Shown here: positions 54,561-56,359 of the stretch, one piece after another | How the letters are laid out: every line of letters begins with the position of its first letter | Position numbering within the stretch: the stretch's first letter is position 1 | Assembly (NCBI GenBank): GCA_964348155.1 | Contig: CAYGBN010000004.1 | Location: forward strand, 4,195-60,553 | Direction of reading: 5' to 3' | Length of the DNA stretch: 56,359 bases | From: an uncultured Methanomassiliicoccales archaeon | GTDB taxonomy: Archaea; Thermoplasmatota; Thermoplasmata; RBG-16-68-12; JAJISG01 | Notes under the pieces: generated by a model | Seen by the model: the letters and a program-made list of their open reading frames with translations, nothing else | The model's database searches: none | Told to the model about the DNA's origin: nothing | Program-made: the position numbers and the translations under genes

Positions 54561-55421
54561 CTACGGGCCCACGGAGGAGCGGAGCATGGTGATGAGGTTC
54601 CGGGGCCTCTCCTGGAGGCGCCGCGTGAAGTAGGGGAGCCACCGGGGACCGTAGGGGATGTACTCGAGCACGCGATGGTCCCGCGCCCGCAGCGTGGCCT
54701 TCAGGGCGTCCCGCACGCCCAGGAGCATCTGGAACTCCACCTCGCGGGGGCGCTCCGCCTGCAGCGCCAGCCCCGCCCGAATGAGGCGGCCGTCGTGGGT
54801 TGCCAGAGCGAAGCGGCGACCCTTGCGGAAGAGGATGTGCATGAGGGTGCTGTAGCTGGCGTCCACCGCGGTGCGGCCCTTGTAGGCAATGGCCGCGTCC
54901 TCCCGGTACGCCCCCTTGCACAGGCGGACGATGCCCTCCGGCAGGAGCCCCTCCAGGTCCTCGGCCGTCCGCCGCAGGTTCGCCTGGAGGCAGACGCCAG
55001 TCTCCGGGTACACGCGGAGGGTCTCCCGATAGAGGCGGAGCGTGGCGTCGGTGTACGCCGAGCCCTCCATGTCGAACCACAGAAAGGCGCCCGCCTCCTG
55101 GCAGCGCTTCCGCAGGCCCGCAACCCGCTCCCGGCAGTAGGCCTCGTCGATGTCCAGGCCCAACTGGGAGAGCTTGACGGAGATGCAGGCGTCGATGTTC
55201 GCCTTCTGAATCGTGGCCAGGAGGGAGGCGTAGGCCTGGACGTCGGCCTCCACATCCGCCCGTCTCTCGTGGTGCTCCCCCAGGAGGTTGAGGATGGCGC
55301 CGATGCCCCGGGCGTTGCTCTCCCGGGAGCGCCGAAGGGCGTCCTCCGGGCGGGTACCCGCCACCCATTGACGGGCGAAGGCCAGGAGGAGCTCCACGGC
55401 CGCGGCAGCGCTCCCGGACAC
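54561..55421 (-). CDS. proline dehydrogenase (monofunctional PRODH)
   Basis: NLLGEH, VKLSQLG, FDMEGS, CLQANLRR, VRLCKGAY, LATHD, FQMLLG, YIPYG..YFTRRLQERPRN. GTG 55421 lies within track ORF 54561..56063. Confidence 0.8.
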   Translation of the reverse strand: MSGSAAAAVELLLAFARQWVAGTRPEDALRRSRESNARGIGAILNLLGEHHERRADVEADVQAYASLLATIQKANIDACISVKLSQLGLDIDEAYCRERVAGLRKRCQEAGAFLWFDMEGSAYTDATLRLYRETLRVYPETGVCLQANLRRTAEDLEGLLPEGIVRLCKGAYREDAAIAYKGRTAVDASYSTLMHILFRKGRRFALATHDGRLIRAGLALQAERPREVEFQMLLGVRDALKATLRARDHRVLEYIPYGPRWLPYFTRRLQERPRNLITMLRSSVGP

Positions 55422-55496
55422 AAAAACCTTCAGTCGCGCGTGTCCAAGGCTCCAAGGGAAGGCCTTAATACGGGCCCGCCGTAGTTCTCGCTGCCC

Positions 55497-55991
55497 ATGA
55501 ACTTCGACGAGGGCCTGGCGGCCGCGGAGACCCTTCCCGAGATCTTCGAGATCGTGAAGCAGGTCGTCCAGGCCGACATGGGCCGGTTGCGGGCGGGCCT
55601 CATGCTGGGCCTTGCCGACCTGGGGAACCACCCCCGGGGCTTCGTGGGGGCCTTCTACCCCGTGGCCTCCAACGTCATCGTGATGAACAAGGTGCCGCTG
55701 ACGCGCATCCGGGACACGAATCCGGACCTCTACAAGCCCTACGCCTTCAACATCCTGCTCCACGAGTACCTGCACACCCTGGGCTACCTGGACGAGAGGG
55801 TCGTGCGGCGGAACGTGCTGGAGCTCAGCCGGAAGGCCTTCGGCGAGGAGCACCTGGCCACCCAGATCGCCCGGGACTACTCCACCTTCTTCCCGAATCT
55901 GGTCTACCCCGACGTCGCCTGGCAGCCGGAGGAGCTCTCCCTGGAGCTGGTGCGGGACTTCGACCGATCCAACGCCCGGTACATTGGCTGA
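55497..55991 (+). CDS. hypothetical protein with HExxH motif (putative zinc metallopeptidase)
   Basis: NILLHEYLHTLGY. The TATA-like CCTTAATAC lies about 25 nt upstream of ATG 55497. Family not recognised. Confidence 0.5.
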   Translation: MNFDEGLAAAETLPEIFEIVKQVVQADMGRLRAGLMLGLADLGNHPRGFVGAFYPVASNVIVMNKVPLTRIRDTNPDLYKPYAFNILLHEYLHTLGYLDERVVRRNVLELSRKAFGEEHLATQIARDYSTFFPNLVYPDVAWQPEELSLELVRDFDRSNARYIG

Positions 55992-56201
55992 CCCTCCGCA
56001 GGCAGGATCGTCCGGAGCCCTTGGGTCCCTCGGGCCATCCTCCGAGGAGCACTGAACAACCATTGTCCGATGCTAACGCTTATCTCCGACATCCCCTTGT
56101 GAAAGGGGGATGCCGTTTCCCGGCGGTCCGGGCGTATGACAGGTCTGAGAGGGCCGCACGCTCCGGACAAGACCGGGAGAGAGACGACGGGGTGGACTGC
56201 G

Positions 56202-56359
56202 ATGGCACAGGTCGTGCACGGAACGACGAACGTCGGAATGCGGTCAAACAGCGATTGGTGGCCGAATCAGCTGAACCTCAGGATTCTTCGCCTGAACTCG
56301 TCCTTGTCCAATCCGATGGGCGAGGCCTTCAACTACGCCGAAGAGTTCAAGAAGCTCGA
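56202..56359 (+). CDS. katG: catalase-peroxidase, N-terminal 52 codons (runs off window end)
   Basis: My translation: [52 protein letters not shown]. This is the typical KatG N-terminus (WWPNQLNL...[15 protein letters not shown]). GC is clearly lower than in the rest of the window. Confidence 0.8.
   Translation, partial: MAQVVHGTTNVGMRSNSDWWPNQLNLRILRLNSSLSNPMGEAFNYAEEFKKL

Noticed and set aside
56090-56112. The 7-bp hairpin CATCCCC-N9-GGGGATG upstream of katG as a regulatory element or terminator.
   Set aside because: It is a single short stem, with no T-tract and no second copy. In GC-rich DNA such stems arise by chance. It is noted only under the katG finding.

Overview
High-GC (roughly two-thirds G+C by eye) archaeal chromosomal segment with about 60 protein genes. 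I found no rRNA, tRNA or CRISPR array. Archaeal hallmarks include fibrillarin, uS15, Orc1/Cdc6, a RecJ/GAN-like DHH protein, deoxyhypusine synthase, archaeal-type ThrRS, G1P dehydrogenase, CDP-archaeol synthase, SepF, UPF0179/UPF0216, XPD, Mre11 and a family-B polymerase. Metabolic content points to an aerobic heterotroph: a glycogen cluster, GcvT, class II RNR, GDH, EtfAB plus a membrane Fe-S partner, ICDH, two complex II operons, proline dehydrogenase and KatG. A Thermoplasmatota-like euryarchaeon is only a guess. Many of the longest ORFs in the supplied track are antisense or out-of-frame artefacts of the GC content; real genes were picked by recognisable motifs, GC3-rich codons and promoter placement. 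Most genes have an A/T-rich TATA-like element 22-30 nt upstream of the start codon, so transcripts look largely leaderless, and several starts were re-placed on that basis. The most interesting observation is not a gene. A conserved box, ACTTTC-RS-CCACC followed by a C-run, sits 13-16 nt upstream of the TATA element of four promoters: mre11, a standalone tandem-HARP protein, the xpd operon and a PolB2/Dpo2-like polymerase. A fifth copy lies distal to nrdJ. This looks like a DNA-damage/replication-stress regulon, and an origin-less Orc1/Cdc6 paralogue in the same window is a candidate regulator. Other notable items: a bacterial-type frdABCD operon (frdD frameshifted) next to a second archaeal-type sdhBACD operon, a decayed IS6-like transposase beside a tandem-RHH regulator, a split membrane-anchored OB-fold gene, and a KaiC-like ATPase with a deviant P-loop convergent on sepF.
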